Positions 48,342 to 58,516 of a stretch of 61,276 nucleotides of DNA are shown here, piece by piece; position 1 is the first letter of the stretch, and every line of letters begins with the position of its first letter. Source of the stretch: a virus (Duplodnaviria > Caudoviricetes); IMG/VR virus record IMGVR_UViG_3300033067_002048, positions 1-61,276 of that record. One strand, written 5' to 3'. The notes under the pieces are model-generated. The model did not search any database. It saw only the letters and a list, made by a program, of their open reading frames with translations, and was not told where the DNA came from. Made by a program: the position numbers and the translations under genes.

Positions 48342-49895
48342 CTAGATGCCCGTCGCTTGGATGTAGCTCGTGGCGCGCGGCGCGAGCACGTTGACGGCCA
48401 CCTCAGCGGCAAGACCGGTGAGCGGTGCGCGGACGTTCTTGCCGCCGAGCAATGCCGGGTCCTTGTCCACCGTCTGAGCGATGAGGTCCATGACGCGCTT
48501 TTGCACTTCGCCGAAGCGGAGCGCCTCGTTCCAGTCCTTACCGGCCTTCTCGAAGCTCTGGCGCAGCGCTTCAACCGCGCCGCTCACGAGGTCTGCCACG
48601 AGCATGGTCTCACGCTTGGCGCCCTTGACGGGCTCGCAGCCCACGAAGAGGTTGAAGCCCGCGCCGACCGGCGCGGCGGCCTTGGGAGCCTCGGCCTCCG
48701 CTTTCGGAGCGGTCTCGCGCATCGCGCGCTCGCTCGGACGTTCGGCATCCGCGTCTTTCTTCGACGCGGCCACGGTCGCGATGGCCGCACCAGCGGCGAC
48801 GCTCGCGGCCAGCTTGCCCTTCTTCGGCGCCTCTTCCTTCGGGGCTTCGGGAGCCGGCGCGGCGGCTTGTGGTGCCGTCGCCTCTTTCACGGTCTGAAAC
48901 GGGCTCGCCGAGGGGGCGGGCGGATTCATCGGCGGGGCGTCACCCTTCGCCGGCTTCGTATCTTTTTCCTTCGCCTCTTTCATCAAGCTGTCTGCCAATT
49001 TTCCCACGGTTCTTTCTCCTTCGCCTGTAGCGGCTTCTTGGTTAGCGCGTGGACCTCTGTAGTCCACGCAATACGCGCGATGAGGACAACCCCCAAACGC
49101 GTCGCAGTGTTCTTCATTGCCCGGCACTTGCGCGAGGCTCGGGCGCGTCGTGTGCTGGTGATGCACCAGCTCCACGAGCGGGGCTAGCTCATCGTGCCAG
49201 GCTTGTTGCACGCGCTCCTTCGCCACGAAGGTGGACACGGGCACGGCCGGGAGGCCGTTCTTGTTGTAGTAGACCCACTTTGAGTTGATGCCCTTGCGCA
49301 CGCGGAAGCGCATCATGAGCGCCCGAGCGTAGAGGAGCAGTTGCGGGTCATCGCGGAGGTACTTGCGCACGCCACCCACGGCATCATCGGGGCTCAGTGC
49401 CCAGCCGTTTCGCGCGTAGCGCGAATAGTCGCCCGTTGTTTTGTGGTCATAGAGGTCCGCGGTCTCGGGACCTTCGTCCGCGTCCTCTTGCGCCTCGATG
49501 ACGACGAAGAGGTCTTGCGTGCCGGTGACAGTCGGGCCGTTCGGCCACGCAACGAACGAGAAGGGCGCCTCCACTTGCATGCCGGGTGTGCCGGGCATGG
49601 GGAGGTGCTTGAGCCCGGTTGCGGCGATGCGCTCCTCTGGCTCCGCATTTGGCCCTACCCGCGGCACGATGCCGTGTTTAAGATAGCGCTCCAGATGAGC
49701 ATGGACCTTCGTACCAAAGAGCAAGGCCGGCCCCACAGGGGCATCAATGCCCACCACTTGCTCGAAGTAGTGGCGGCGCTGGCAGGCCATGAGGCTCTTG
49801 AGCGTCGTGGCGCTGTAGCGCGCGGGCTTGCCGTTCAGGGGCTTCGGCGGGACGTGTCCAGCATGAAGGTGCTGCGCGATTTCTGCAATTTTCAT
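48342..49895 (-). CDS. PD-(D/E)XK (Cas4/RecB-like) exonuclease with a low-complexity C-terminal extension
   Basis: YSAT......CQR, GT.VH..LE, E..F, G..D, DHKT, QL.LYA, C....GCP....C. Confidence 0.8.
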   Translation of the reverse strand: MKIAEIAQHLHAGHVPPKPLNGKPARYSATTLKSLMACQRRHYFEQVVGIDAPVGPALLFGTKVHAHLERYLKHGIVPRVGPNAEPEERIAATGLKHLPMPGTPGMQVEAPFSFVAWPNGPTVTGTQDLFVVIEAQEDADEGPETADLYDHKTTGDYSRYARNGWALSPDDAVGGVRKYLRDDPQLLLYARALMMRFRVRKGINSKWVYYNKNGLPAVPVSTFVAKERVQQAWHDELAPLVELVHHQHTTRPSLAQVPGNEEHCDAFGGCPHRAYCVDYRGPRANQEAATGEGERTVGKLADSLMKEAKEKDTKPAKGDAPPMNPPAPSASPFQTVKEATAPQAAAPAPEAPKEEAPKKGKLAASVAAGAAIATVAASKKDADAERPSERAMRETAPKAEAEAPKAAAPVGAGFNLFVGCEPVKGAKRETMLVADLVSGAVEALRQSFEKAGKDWNEALRFGEVQKRVMDLIAQTVDKDPALLGGKNVRAPLTGLAAEVAVNVLAPRATSYIQATGI

Positions 49896-52726
49896 AGCGC
49901 TTCGTCTTGCCCTTCGTCTTTGGTGCCAGCGTTTTTAACCGCTCGCGAGTTTATTTGCAATGGCGGAGGGAGGTCCGCCAGCTCTTTTTTGTCCACGAAG
50001 ACGGCCGTCTCATCGGCTCGCGCCATCACCGCGCGCACCACGGCCTCGCCGCCGAAGCCTAGGCGCTCGGCGTAATACTCAAGGTAGTTCATGCGCACGC
50101 GCCAGTAGTGGCGCGTGGCGCCTTGGCGTTGCACCTTGGCCTTGCCGCTTGAGATAGTCTCCAGCGCGGCCAAGAACGGCTCCTCGCTGGCCATGCGGTA
50201 GCTCGGGCGAAATGCCTCCCACGTGTTCGTGATGCAGTCGAGCGTGACCCACAGCTCGCCGTCTTTGGAAAAGAGACCGTGAGCGAGATGGCTTTGCGCT
50301 TCGGTGCCGCCCTTGCTCGCGGTGCGGTTCGCGCGCAGCGCGTGGGTGATGAACCACGAGAGGAGCTGAGAGGTCAGCTCATCGCCGACCACGAGCTTGA
50401 ACAAGGCTTGCTCGGCGTTGCCTTCCACGAGGAAGCGCCGGCCGGGTTCGGCGATGGTGCGCGTCTTCGCTAGCCAGAGGGCGTGCTCAGCAATCTTGTT
50501 TTGCTCGCGCCACGAATTCAGCTCTTCGCGGTCAAAGGTCTCAAGGTACTTCACCGGCTCTTGCCCGGCTTCAACGAAGAGGAGCCGTTCAGCGATGGCG
50601 TGGATGTCCGCCTCCGTGAGCTGCGCGCCTTTCTGGCCGAAGTCTTTGAGCGGGTTGTCCGAGTTGGCCGCTACGAGCAGGCGCACATAGCCCGCACATT
50701 TGACGTTCGGCATGAACTTGCGGCGGATGCTGATGTCTGGGTTGCTCACGAGCTGGCGCAGCTCGGCGCCCAGGCTCTTGCCGTAGAAGCGCGGTAGCTC
50801 CTCGTCTGCGAAGATGAACGGCGTTTGGGCGAGGTCGCCATTGAAGCTCGTGGCCATGACCTCCTTTGCATCAGCCGGCGAGCCGCGTTGCCACAGTCGC
50901 GCGAGACCGTGCGCCAAGAGGTTCTTACCGGCGTTCTTCGGGATGACGAGCATGAGGATGCTGAGGGCCTTGTCCGTTTGCGGGACCGCTGAGACCCAGT
51001 CCAAAAGCTTCTCTCCTCCGAGGAGCTGTAGCCACTTGTGGATGGCCGGGTGTTCCTTCGGCTCTAGCACGCGGCGCGGGCCCATGGCTTCCACGAGGTA
51101 GCGGTCTTTGCGGTCGAAGTAGGTGTCTTTGATGAGGTAGCTGGCTCGGAGCCCTGCCGCGTGCACGCCGTGGCGTGAGATGATTTCAGGGAGCTTGAGC
51201 GGTTTGAATTCTTGGGCTTCTTCGTCGAAGCGGCGCCGGCTGATGCCGCATGCCGCGAGCGTGGCCCGCGCCACGTCAATCGTTAGCTCGCGCATGTGGA
51301 AGGGGCGCTCAAAGTAGCGGTTCACCATCCACAAGTAGGTGTACTTATCGAGGAGCACGAAGAGCTGATGTTGCAGCTCGTCCGGCGTAAGTCCTTGTTG
51401 CTTCGCAAGGATGGTCAGCTCTTCTTCGCTGATGCCGCTTTGCCGCTGACCGTTCGTCCACTCGCTGATGTAGTGCGCCTCGGCATCTGTGACGAGCACG
51501 TGCCCGAGCGGGTTGCGTGCTTGTTCGCGCCGCCATTCTACTTGCTCAATCGCCCACTCGCAGAGTGCGGTGGGGTCGGGGATGTTTGGCTTGACGGGGT
51601 CATGCGGGTCTTCATCGTGCGTGCGCTGGAGCACGGGGAGGAGGAGCGCCGCGAGCAGCGGGCGCGGCTCGTGTTGAAAGAAGCGATTAGAGAAGAGCCC
51701 GAGCAAGCCCGTGAGGCCGTTGTCCCGATGGCCCTTCTTGAGCGCAGCGGCATGCGCGATAGATTCGAGCGCTAGCCGCGTGTCGTGCTGGAGGCGGTCA
51801 TTGCCTTGTGCGATTTGCGCGCACTCCAGGCGGAGCATGCTCACCAGCTCGCCCGGAAGCCCAAAGCGCGAGCCCTCCACTTCGTGGACAGGTGTGTAGA
51901 CCGTGGGCGCCTTGCGCTGGTGCTTAGCGCCGTAGCGCTTGAAGCGCTGCTCCACGGGCATGAGGTCCCAGACTTCGAGCACGTCTTTGTAGACGGCGAG
52001 CTGGCTCGGGTCCGTGCCATGAAAGCCAGCGGCAAAGACTGCGACGCGGTCAGGGTGCGCAGCCGGGAGGCGCATCAAGCGTTCGGGGTTGTAGCACGTG
52101 GAGTCACAGATGCCCTCGAAGATGCCTTGGTTGATGGCGTGGTTTGCTTCCCGCCAGCGGTCCAAGCCCTCGGGGCCGGGAAGCACGTCCTCCGCGAGCG
52201 GTATCCACACGCGGTAGCCGAGCCGGGTCACATCGTTGTGGCTATGCGTCGTGTGCCATAGGTAGGCCGTGTCCGAATTTTTGAGCCGGTCCAAGCCGGC
52301 GAAAAAGGTCTTGCGAAAGATGCCGGAGCGGACCTTCCATGATTGCTCGGACTCTTCGGGCTCGGGCTTGGCATCGAGGTCCATCACGAGCATGGAGCGC
52401 GCCGTGACGTGTGCATCGCCGCGCGCGCCGTCGTTTGTCCCAGCCATGATGAGCGGGACCTCTTCACGCTCTGCCGTAGTTTTTAGGGGTGCCGTGAAAC
52501 CAACGATGGCCGCGCCCGGCCACTCGATGGTCACGCGTTTGGACTCTTTCGCCATGGTGTTGGCGAAGTGTTGGACTGCTAGTGTGCGCATGTGCCCGCT
52601 CCTTTGAGCTGTGTGCGTGCCATAGGCCGGGGCACAATGCAACAAGGCTTGTCTCTTTTTGTCATGTCGCGGTGCATAAAAGTCACTAGCTTGTGGGATA
52701 GATACCTTCCGGGACAGATACCCCAT
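49892..52726 (-). CDS. Primase-helicase (AEP-like N-terminus plus SF3/D5-like NTPase)
   Basis: MDLD, TTHSH, RVWIPL, D......R..LP primase motifs; NAGKN, FN, FADE, N NTPase motifs. The true start is probably 52591 or 52555. Confidence 0.75.
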   Translation of the reverse strand: MGYLSRKVSIPQASDFYAPRHDKKRQALLHCAPAYGTHTAQRSGHMRTLAVQHFANTMAKESKRVTIEWPGAAIVGFTAPLKTTAEREEVPLIMAGTNDGARGDAHVTARSMLVMDLDAKPEPEESEQSWKVRSGIFRKTFFAGLDRLKNSDTAYLWHTTHSHNDVTRLGYRVWIPLAEDVLPGPEGLDRWREANHAINQGIFEGICDSTCYNPERLMRLPAAHPDRVAVFAAGFHGTDPSQLAVYKDVLEVWDLMPVEQRFKRYGAKHQRKAPTVYTPVHEVEGSRFGLPGELVSMLRLECAQIAQGNDRLQHDTRLALESIAHAAALKKGHRDNGLTGLLGLFSNRFFQHEPRPLLAALLLPVLQRTHDEDPHDPVKPNIPDPTALCEWAIEQVEWRREQARNPLGHVLVTDAEAHYISEWTNGQRQSGISEEELTILAKQQGLTPDELQHQLFVLLDKYTYLWMVNRYFERPFHMRELTIDVARATLAACGISRRRFDEEAQEFKPLKLPEIISRHGVHAAGLRASYLIKDTYFDRKDRYLVEAMGPRRVLEPKEHPAIHKWLQLLGGEKLLDWVSAVPQTDKALSILMLVIPKNAGKNLLAHGLARLWQRGSPADAKEVMATSFNGDLAQTPFIFADEELPRFYGKSLGAELRQLVSNPDISIRRKFMPNVKCAGYVRLLVAANSDNPLKDFGQKGAQLTEADIHAIAERLLFVEAGQEPVKYLETFDREELNSWREQNKIAEHALWLAKTRTIAEPGRRFLVEGNAEQALFKLVVGDELTSQLLSWFITHALRANRTASKGGTEAQSHLAHGLFSKDGELWVTLDCITNTWEAFRPSYRMASEEPFLAALETISSGKAKVQRQGATRHYWRVRMNYLEYYAERLGFGGEAVVRAVMARADETAVFVDKKELADLPPPLQINSRAVKNAGTKDEGQDEAL

Positions 52727-52847
52727 CTATCTATCTCTCAGGGTGGGGTGTTGACCCTATAAAGATATAAAATACATGCGGGCGCCATCTCCTTCCTTTA
52801 TTTATATCTTTATAGGGTCAACACCCCACCCTGAGAGATAGATAGAT
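52725..52847. repeat. Perfect 47-bp inverted repeat with a 29-bp spacer
   Basis: 52725-52771 is the exact reverse complement of 52801-52847. Confidence 0.92.
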
Positions 52848-52969
52848 ACCCCCTCTATCCCGTAAGGTGGTCTATACCTGTAGGGTGTATCTATCCCGGT
52901 AGGGTACCCTGCTTTTTTGCAAAGTACGGTGCGCTTGCGGGCCGGCGAGCCGTGTGGTTCTCTTGGCTT

Positions 52970-53527
52970 ATGCATGCTCATTTGCAAGAGCGCTCCGTGT
53001 GCGTGGACGATTTGCGGGCTGACCCGCGCAACGCCCGTAAGCATGGCCGGCGCAACATCAAGGCGCTCAAGTCCTCGCTCCTTCGGTTCGGGCAGGTTGA
53101 GCCGCTCATCGTCCAAGAGCGGACCATGCAACTCATCGCGGGACATGGCCGGCTCCAGGCGATGAAGGAGCTAGGCTTCACACATGCTAGGTGCGTGGTG
53201 CTCGATGTCTCGGACAAGAGAGCGCGCTCGCTCGGCGTGGCGCTCAACCGGACGGCCGAGCTTGCGGAGTGGGACTTCGATGTCTTGGCTTCGCTTCTCC
53301 AAGAGGCGCCGGAGGATGGGCTCGGGCTCGATGACCTTGGCTTTGTGCAAGAGGAGCTGGACGCCATGTTGCTCACGGTCGAAGACCTCACCGGGGAGAA
53401 GCCGCAGAAGGTGAAGACCTCGGTCACGCTCAAGGTGGTGTGCGCGCCTGGTGATGCTGGCGAGGTGCAAGAGGCTATCGAGCGAGCGCTTGAGCAAGCG
53501 GGGTTAGAGGCCGAGGTCAAGGGGTAG
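52970..53527 (+). CDS. ParB/Srx-like N-terminal domain protein
   Basis: L..DPRNARKH...SL.RFG..EPLIV.....IAGHGR..A...LG...ALNR.AE.AEWD. Confidence 0.85.
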   Translation: MHAHLQERSVCVDDLRADPRNARKHGRRNIKALKSSLLRFGQVEPLIVQERTMQLIAGHGRLQAMKELGFTHARCVVLDVSDKRARSLGVALNRTAELAEWDFDVLASLLQEAPEDGLGLDDLGFVQEELDAMLLTVEDLTGEKPQKVKTSVTLKVVCAPGDAGEVQEAIERALEQAGLEAEVKG

Positions 53528-53577
53528 CTGGAAAGCTTAGGTTGACGCGCTAGCGCTCTTTGGGCACCCTTCGGAGC

Positions 53578-53793
53578 ATGGAAACCCCTAAGCAGAGATT
53601 TGAGGGTCAGGACGCCTACTGGGAAACGGAGCTGGACGCGCTCATCGTCCGCTTCAACGCCCGGCCGGTCAATGACATCGTGCGCTTGGCGTTCAGGCAG
53701 CAACTTCGCCAGCTCGCCGCGCGCTCGGGTCACATGGGCGGCATGCCAGCGATGAAGCGCGCGCTTGAGCGCCGCGGTGTGGTGCTCTCGTGA
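53578..53793 (+). CDS. Hypothetical protein
   Basis: GGAG before the ATG; coupled to the small terminase. Confidence 0.5.
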   Translation: METPKQRFEGQDAYWETELDALIVRFNARPVNDIVRLAFRQQLRQLAARSGHMGGMPAMKRALERRGVVLS

Positions 53794-54314
53794 GCGAGCC
53801 CGTCAAGCAGCCGAAGCGGCGAGGCAACAAGCCCGGTACGAACCAAGGCGGGGGACCGAAGAAGAAGCAACTAGACTTTGGGGCGCTGGACAAGCTCCTC
53901 GCCATGCAAGGCACGGCTGAGGAGTGCGCGGGCGTGCTCGGCATGAGCCCGGACACGATTGACGCCCGCGTGCGCGAGAAGTTCGGTATCACGTTCGCAG
54001 AGTATGCAGCACCAAGAAGAGCTAGCGGAAGAATGAGCTTACGCCGGGCGCAGTTTGTTACGGCGGTCCAGAAGCAAAACCCCACGATGCTCATTTGGCT
54101 CGGCAAGAACGTCTTGGGCCAGACAGACAAGCAAGAGATTACGGGCGCGGGCGGCGCGCCGCTCGTGCCGGCGAAGGCACTGCCCGACTACTCGCAGCTC
54201 ACCACGGAGGAGCTGCGCACGTTCCTCGCGCTCGCTGAGAAGGCGCGACCGAAAGGGCAGAGCGGCGAAGAGCACGAGCCCGAGGCGGGCGAAGATGCCG
54301 AACCATCCGAATAG
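53790..54314 (+). CDS. terS: Terminase small subunit
   Basis: HTH (T.EE.A.VLG.S.DT), G..SLRRAQ, MLIWLGKN.LGQ.D, EITG.GG.P. Confidence 0.8.
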   Translation: MSEPVKQPKRRGNKPGTNQGGGPKKKQLDFGALDKLLAMQGTAEECAGVLGMSPDTIDARVREKFGITFAEYAAPRRASGRMSLRRAQFVTAVQKQNPTMLIWLGKNVLGQTDKQEITGAGGAPLVPAKALPDYSQLTTEELRTFLALAEKARPKGQSGEEHEPEAGEDAEPSE

Positions 54315-54399
54315 GCTCCAGCGCGTGCCCCACGCGCCGCGCGGTGATGCGCCGCGCTCGTTCTACGCAAAGCAAAGTGCGGCACGTCACCCGGTGAAG

Positions 54400-55899
54400 A
54401 TGCCGAGCGCTTACGTTGCAGACGTGGCCGAGCTTGAGCGCGAGCTGCTCCCGCGCTCGTTCAGGGACTTCGTTCCGCGCGCGTTCCCCTACATCGAGAA
54501 GAGTGAGCAATACGTCCACGGCACGCACGTGGATGTGGTGTGCGAGCATTTGCAGGCATGCGCGGACGGACAAATCCCGCGCCTCATCATCAACATCCCG
54601 CCCGGCCACATGAAGAGCATCTTGGCCTCCGTGGCATTCCCGGCGTGGGTGTGGTCGCGCCAGCAAGCGCGCTACCGTGAGGCATGCAACCTCAGCGGCC
54701 CTCATGCGCGGTTCATCTTCACGTCCTATTCGGACGACTTCGTCAAACGTGACTCGCTAAAGACGCAAGCACTGATAGAAAGCCCTTGGTATCAAGAGCG
54801 CTGGCCGCTCGGGCTGGAGCTGGCGAACACCACCGAATTCGTCAACGAGAAGGGCGGCTGGCGTCTTGGCGTGGGTACGGGCGGCGGCGTCACCGGTAAG
54901 CACACGCACTGGGCGATTGCGGACGACCCCTTGAAGGCGCAAGAGGCGCACTCGAAGGCCGCGCGCGAGGCGGCCGTGCGCTTCTGGCAAGAGACGATGA
55001 CCACGCGTATGTTGCCCGGCGCGTGCCGTATCGTCGTCATGCAACGGCTCCATCAGGACGACCTTACGGGCTTCCTCGTGAAGGAGGGCGGCTACGAGCT
55101 GCTCATGCTGCCCGAGGCATTCGAGAAGAAGCGCGCATGCGTGACCGTGCTCGGGCTTGCGGACAAGCGCGAAAAGGAAGGGGACCTCTTGTGGAAAGAG
55201 CGCTTCCCCGAGAGCGCTCACAAGGTGCGCGCGAAGGAGCTGGGCTCATTCGGTAACGCAGGCCAGTTGCAACAACGCCCGGCGCCCGAGGAGGGCGGCA
55301 TCGTCAAGCGGGCCGTGCTTAAGCGGTGGAACGCCGCGAGCCTCCCACCCATGTTCGATTTGATTTGGCAGTCGTGGGACCTCACGCTCAAGAACACGAA
55401 CGACTATGTAGCGGGCGGACTCTTTGGCTCCTCGGGTCCTAACGTCTACCTCCTCAAAGTTACGCATGCGCTTCTATCGTTCACTCAGATGATTGAGAGC
55501 ATCAACCTCATGCGTGAGGCGAGCGCCGGCAAGCCGCCCTACATCATCATCGAAGATGCCGCGGCTGGCGCGCCGGCTGAGGACACGCTCCGCTTGGATG
55601 GCGTGGACGGCATCATCCTCATGCGGCCCGAGGGCTCGAAGGTCATGAGGCTCCACGCCATCGTGCCCTTCCTCGAAGCCGGAAACTTCTACATCCCGGA
55701 AGCGCAAAGTGAAGACCCCGCCGACCCCATCAACGCCTACGTTGATGAGCTGACCACCTTCCCAAATGCCACCCATGACGACCAAGTGGACATGACGACG
55801 CAAGCCGTTTTATGGTGGCGCAAGCATCGGGCTGACTCCTACACCTCTATGGAGCTGCCAGGTGGGGAACGTGAGAGCCCCAACGTCTTCTCGTTCTAA
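54400..55899 (+). CDS. terL: Terminase large subunit
   Basis: IINIPPGHMKS, DDP, VMQRLH..DL.G, QQRP.P..G, SWD, HDDQVD. Confidence 0.93.
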   Translation: MPSAYVADVAELERELLPRSFRDFVPRAFPYIEKSEQYVHGTHVDVVCEHLQACADGQIPRLIINIPPGHMKSILASVAFPAWVWSRQQARYREACNLSGPHARFIFTSYSDDFVKRDSLKTQALIESPWYQERWPLGLELANTTEFVNEKGGWRLGVGTGGGVTGKHTHWAIADDPLKAQEAHSKAAREAAVRFWQETMTTRMLPGACRIVVMQRLHQDDLTGFLVKEGGYELLMLPEAFEKKRACVTVLGLADKREKEGDLLWKERFPESAHKVRAKELGSFGNAGQLQQRPAPEEGGIVKRAVLKRWNAASLPPMFDLIWQSWDLTLKNTNDYVAGGLFGSSGPNVYLLKVTHALLSFTQMIESINLMREASAGKPPYIIIEDAAAGAPAEDTLRLDGVDGIILMRPEGSKVMRLHAIVPFLEAGNFYIPEAQSEDPADPINAYVDELTTFPNATHDDQVDMTTQAVLWWRKHRADSYTSMELPGGERESPNVFSF

Positions 55900-55908
55900 C
55901 GGAGCGCC

Positions 55909-57510
55909 ATGAGCACAAACGAAGCCTTGCTGGCATATGACATCCTCGGCACCACGGGTCTCAAACAGACGGGCGGCTGGGTTGTCGAAGAATTCCTCCG
56001 CCAGCTCCGCGGCCCTCGCGCGACCGAGCTTATCAAGGAGATGACGTGGAACAGCGCCCAAGTAGGCGCTGTCCGCAACTTGATACATACGCTAGCGCGT
56101 CAAGTGGAGTGGAACGTGGAGGCGGCCAAGGAGCCGACCGACCCACAACAAGCGACGTTCGCTGAGAAGCTCCTCCGCACATCGAAGGACGACATGGAGC
56201 ACTCGTGGCACACCTTCATCACGGAGGCGCTCAGCCACTACGATTACGGCTACAGCTACCACGAAATCGTCTACAAGCTCCGGCGCGGTCCGAAGGGCTT
56301 GCCCATCACGCGCAGCAAATACGATGACGGTGCCATCGGGTGGCGGCGCATCGAGCTGCGCTCGCAAGACAGCTTGGACCGCTGGCAATTCAGCGAGGAG
56401 CACGAGCTTGAGGGCTTTTGGCAGCGTGACCCTTACGCCAACTCCTACTCGTTCATCCCGAGCAACCGCGCCATCCACTTCCGCACAGAGACCTTCAAGA
56501 ACAACCCCGAGGGCCGCTCCGGCTTTCGTAACGCCGTTGTCAGCTATTTGCGCCTCAAGCACATCGAGGACATCGAAGCCATCGGCGTAGAGCGCGACCT
56601 CGCCGGCATGCCGTTCCTCCAAGTGCCGCCCGAGATTTTGGCGCCGGGTAACAACGCGGAATACCGCGCGCTCCGCACGGCGCTGGAGACGCAGCTCGGC
56701 CAAATCAAACGCGACCAACGCGACTTCATCTTGATGCCGGCCGAGGTGAACAAGGACGGCAAAAACACCGGTTTCAAGTTCCAACTCTTGGCCAGCTCGG
56801 GCACGCGTCAACTAGACATCGTCGCCATCAAGAACAGCTACAAGACGGACATCCTGATGACCGTCTTGGCGCAATTCCTCCAGCTCGGCGTCAATTCCGT
56901 GACCGGTTCGCGCTCGCTCGCAAGCTCGGCCACGGACCTCTTCACGCTCAGCGAGGGTGCCTTGCTCGACAACATGCAAGAGACCATCAACACCCAGCTT
57001 GTGGACCCGTTGATGGAGCTGAATGGCGTGGCCGCGGAGAACCGCCCGCGCATCATCCACGGTGACATTGAGACGCCGGACCTCGGGCCGCTCGGCACTT
57101 TTCTTCAACAGATGTTCACGACGGGCACGCTGGAGCCGAGTGAGAAGCTCATGGAAGCGCTCCACCATGCGGCGGGCTTGCCCTACGAGCCGCAACGCCC
57201 GGCCGCGGCAATTGCGCCGGGTGGCGTGAAGACTGCCCAGCAACTCATTGACGAGGTGATGGGCGGTAAGCAACCGGGTGGCGTGGCTGGAGGCGCAAGC
57301 GCTTCTACACCCCCGGCCGCGGGAGCGCAGCCCCAAGGCGCACCCGTGAAGACCGCGGACGAGCTTATCTCGCGCACACGCGCGGAGGTCCGCGGTGTCA
57401 AGCCAGCGGAAGACCTCATGCGTGAGGCGAAGCTCAACGCCAACGGCGTGAAGTCCGCAGACCAACTCATTGAGGAGGCGCGCAGCTCCGGCGCTGATAC
57501 GGACGAGTGA
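55909..57510 (+). CDS. Portal protein (DUF935-like)
   Basis: Follows terL; LG.TGL, YG.S.HEIVY, NPEGRS..R, IGVERDLAG.P, GS.SL. Confidence 0.85.
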   Translation: MSTNEALLAYDILGTTGLKQTGGWVVEEFLRQLRGPRATELIKEMTWNSAQVGAVRNLIHTLARQVEWNVEAAKEPTDPQQATFAEKLLRTSKDDMEHSWHTFITEALSHYDYGYSYHEIVYKLRRGPKGLPITRSKYDDGAIGWRRIELRSQDSLDRWQFSEEHELEGFWQRDPYANSYSFIPSNRAIHFRTETFKNNPEGRSGFRNAVVSYLRLKHIEDIEAIGVERDLAGMPFLQVPPEILAPGNNAEYRALRTALETQLGQIKRDQRDFILMPAEVNKDGKNTGFKFQLLASSGTRQLDIVAIKNSYKTDILMTVLAQFLQLGVNSVTGSRSLASSATDLFTLSEGALLDNMQETINTQLVDPLMELNGVAAENRPRIIHGDIETPDLGPLGTFLQQMFTTGTLEPSEKLMEALHHAAGLPYEPQRPAAAIAPGGVKTAQQLIDEVMGGKQPGGVAGGASASTPPAAGAQPQGAPVKTADELISRTRAEVRGVKPAEDLMREAKLNANGVKSADQLIEEARSSGADTDE

Positions 57511-58514
57511 ACGAGCGCGCGGTCAAGGAGCTGGCGGAGACATGGCGGGCAATCTCTTTGCTCTACGTGGACGAGTCCGTCCTCAGCGAAATGCGCCGCG
57601 CACTGGAGCACCATGACCTCGGCGGCGCCATGCGCGCGCTACCTACGCTTGACCAAGTGCGTGACAAGGCGCGCTTTCTCGTAACTACGCTAGCGGATAA
57701 AATGAAGGCCATCGTGCGCTCGGCTTCGGCCGAGGAGTACGCCTACGTAAAGGCGATGGCCCGGCGCGTGCGCAAGGCGCCGAACGAAGAGAAGTGGACC
57801 GGCCGGCGCGCGCAGCGCCCCGAGCGTTCACCCTCTCGCCCGCAAGAGTGGGACCCGCACAAGCTCTTGGACCCGCGCAACGTGCGTGTGGTCCCGCAAG
57901 GCCACAACCTCCCCGAGAATCAGGGACGCTCGGATGAGAACCCCATGTCCCAAGTGCCGCAAGACGAGCGCTGGCTTTTGCAAGAAGCGGCCAAGCTCGT
58001 GGTGGACATCACGGATGAGCAACGGCTCAACCTGCGTCAAGTGCTCATCACCCGATACGACCCGACGAAGCGCCCGGACTTCATCTTGCGCGACGTGCAG
58101 AAGGTGGTGGGGCTCACGGACCGCGAAACGCGCGCCGTGTTCAACCGCCAAGCCGCGCTCGAAGAGGCGGGCATGTCGCCCGAGGAAGCGGAGCGCAAGA
58201 CGAAGGCTTACGCCGAAGAGTTGCACCAGCTCCGAGCCGAGCGCATCGCCCGCACGGAGGGCGTGTTCCTTGAGACTGAGGCGCGCGACGGTGCATGGAA
58301 CCAAGCGCGCGCAGACGGCACGTTGCCCGAGGACACGCTCAAGGAGTGGGTCACGGACAACACGGGCTGTAAGGAATGCCGGGACATGGACGGCGAGACC
58401 GCCGAAATCAACGGCATGTTTCAAACACCGGCCGGACCGATGCGCGGACCGCCGTATCATCCAAACTGTGGGTGTGGTGTGGAGCTGTCTTTTGCTGGAC
58501 ATCGGAGGAAGTGA
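57507..58514 (+). CDS. Minor head protein (MuF/SPP1 gp7-like)
   Basis: RAERIARTE...KEW....C.EC..MDG...PP.HPNC.C. Confidence 0.85.
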   Translation: MNERAVKELAETWRAISLLYVDESVLSEMRRALEHHDLGGAMRALPTLDQVRDKARFLVTTLADKMKAIVRSASAEEYAYVKAMARRVRKAPNEEKWTGRRAQRPERSPSRPQEWDPHKLLDPRNVRVVPQGHNLPENQGRSDENPMSQVPQDERWLLQEAAKLVVDITDEQRLNLRQVLITRYDPTKRPDFILRDVQKVVGLTDRETRAVFNRQAALEEAGMSPEEAERKTKAYAEELHQLRAERIARTEGVFLETEARDGAWNQARADGTLPEDTLKEWVTDNTGCKECRDMDGETAEINGMFQTPAGPMRGPPYHPNCGCGVELSFAGHRRK

Positions 58515-58516
58515 GC

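Noticed and set aside
48342-49895. CRISPR-Cas (Cas4)
   Set aside because: Stand-alone phage PD-(D/E)XK nuclease; no array or other cas genes were seen.
22264-52726. Integrase or lysogeny module
   Set aside because: No tyrosine or serine recombinase motifs or CI-like repressor were found.
52725-53527. Linear plasmid-prophage (telomere site plus partition system)
   Set aside because: No protelomerase, ParA or repressor was recognised; ParB-like genes beside terminases are common.
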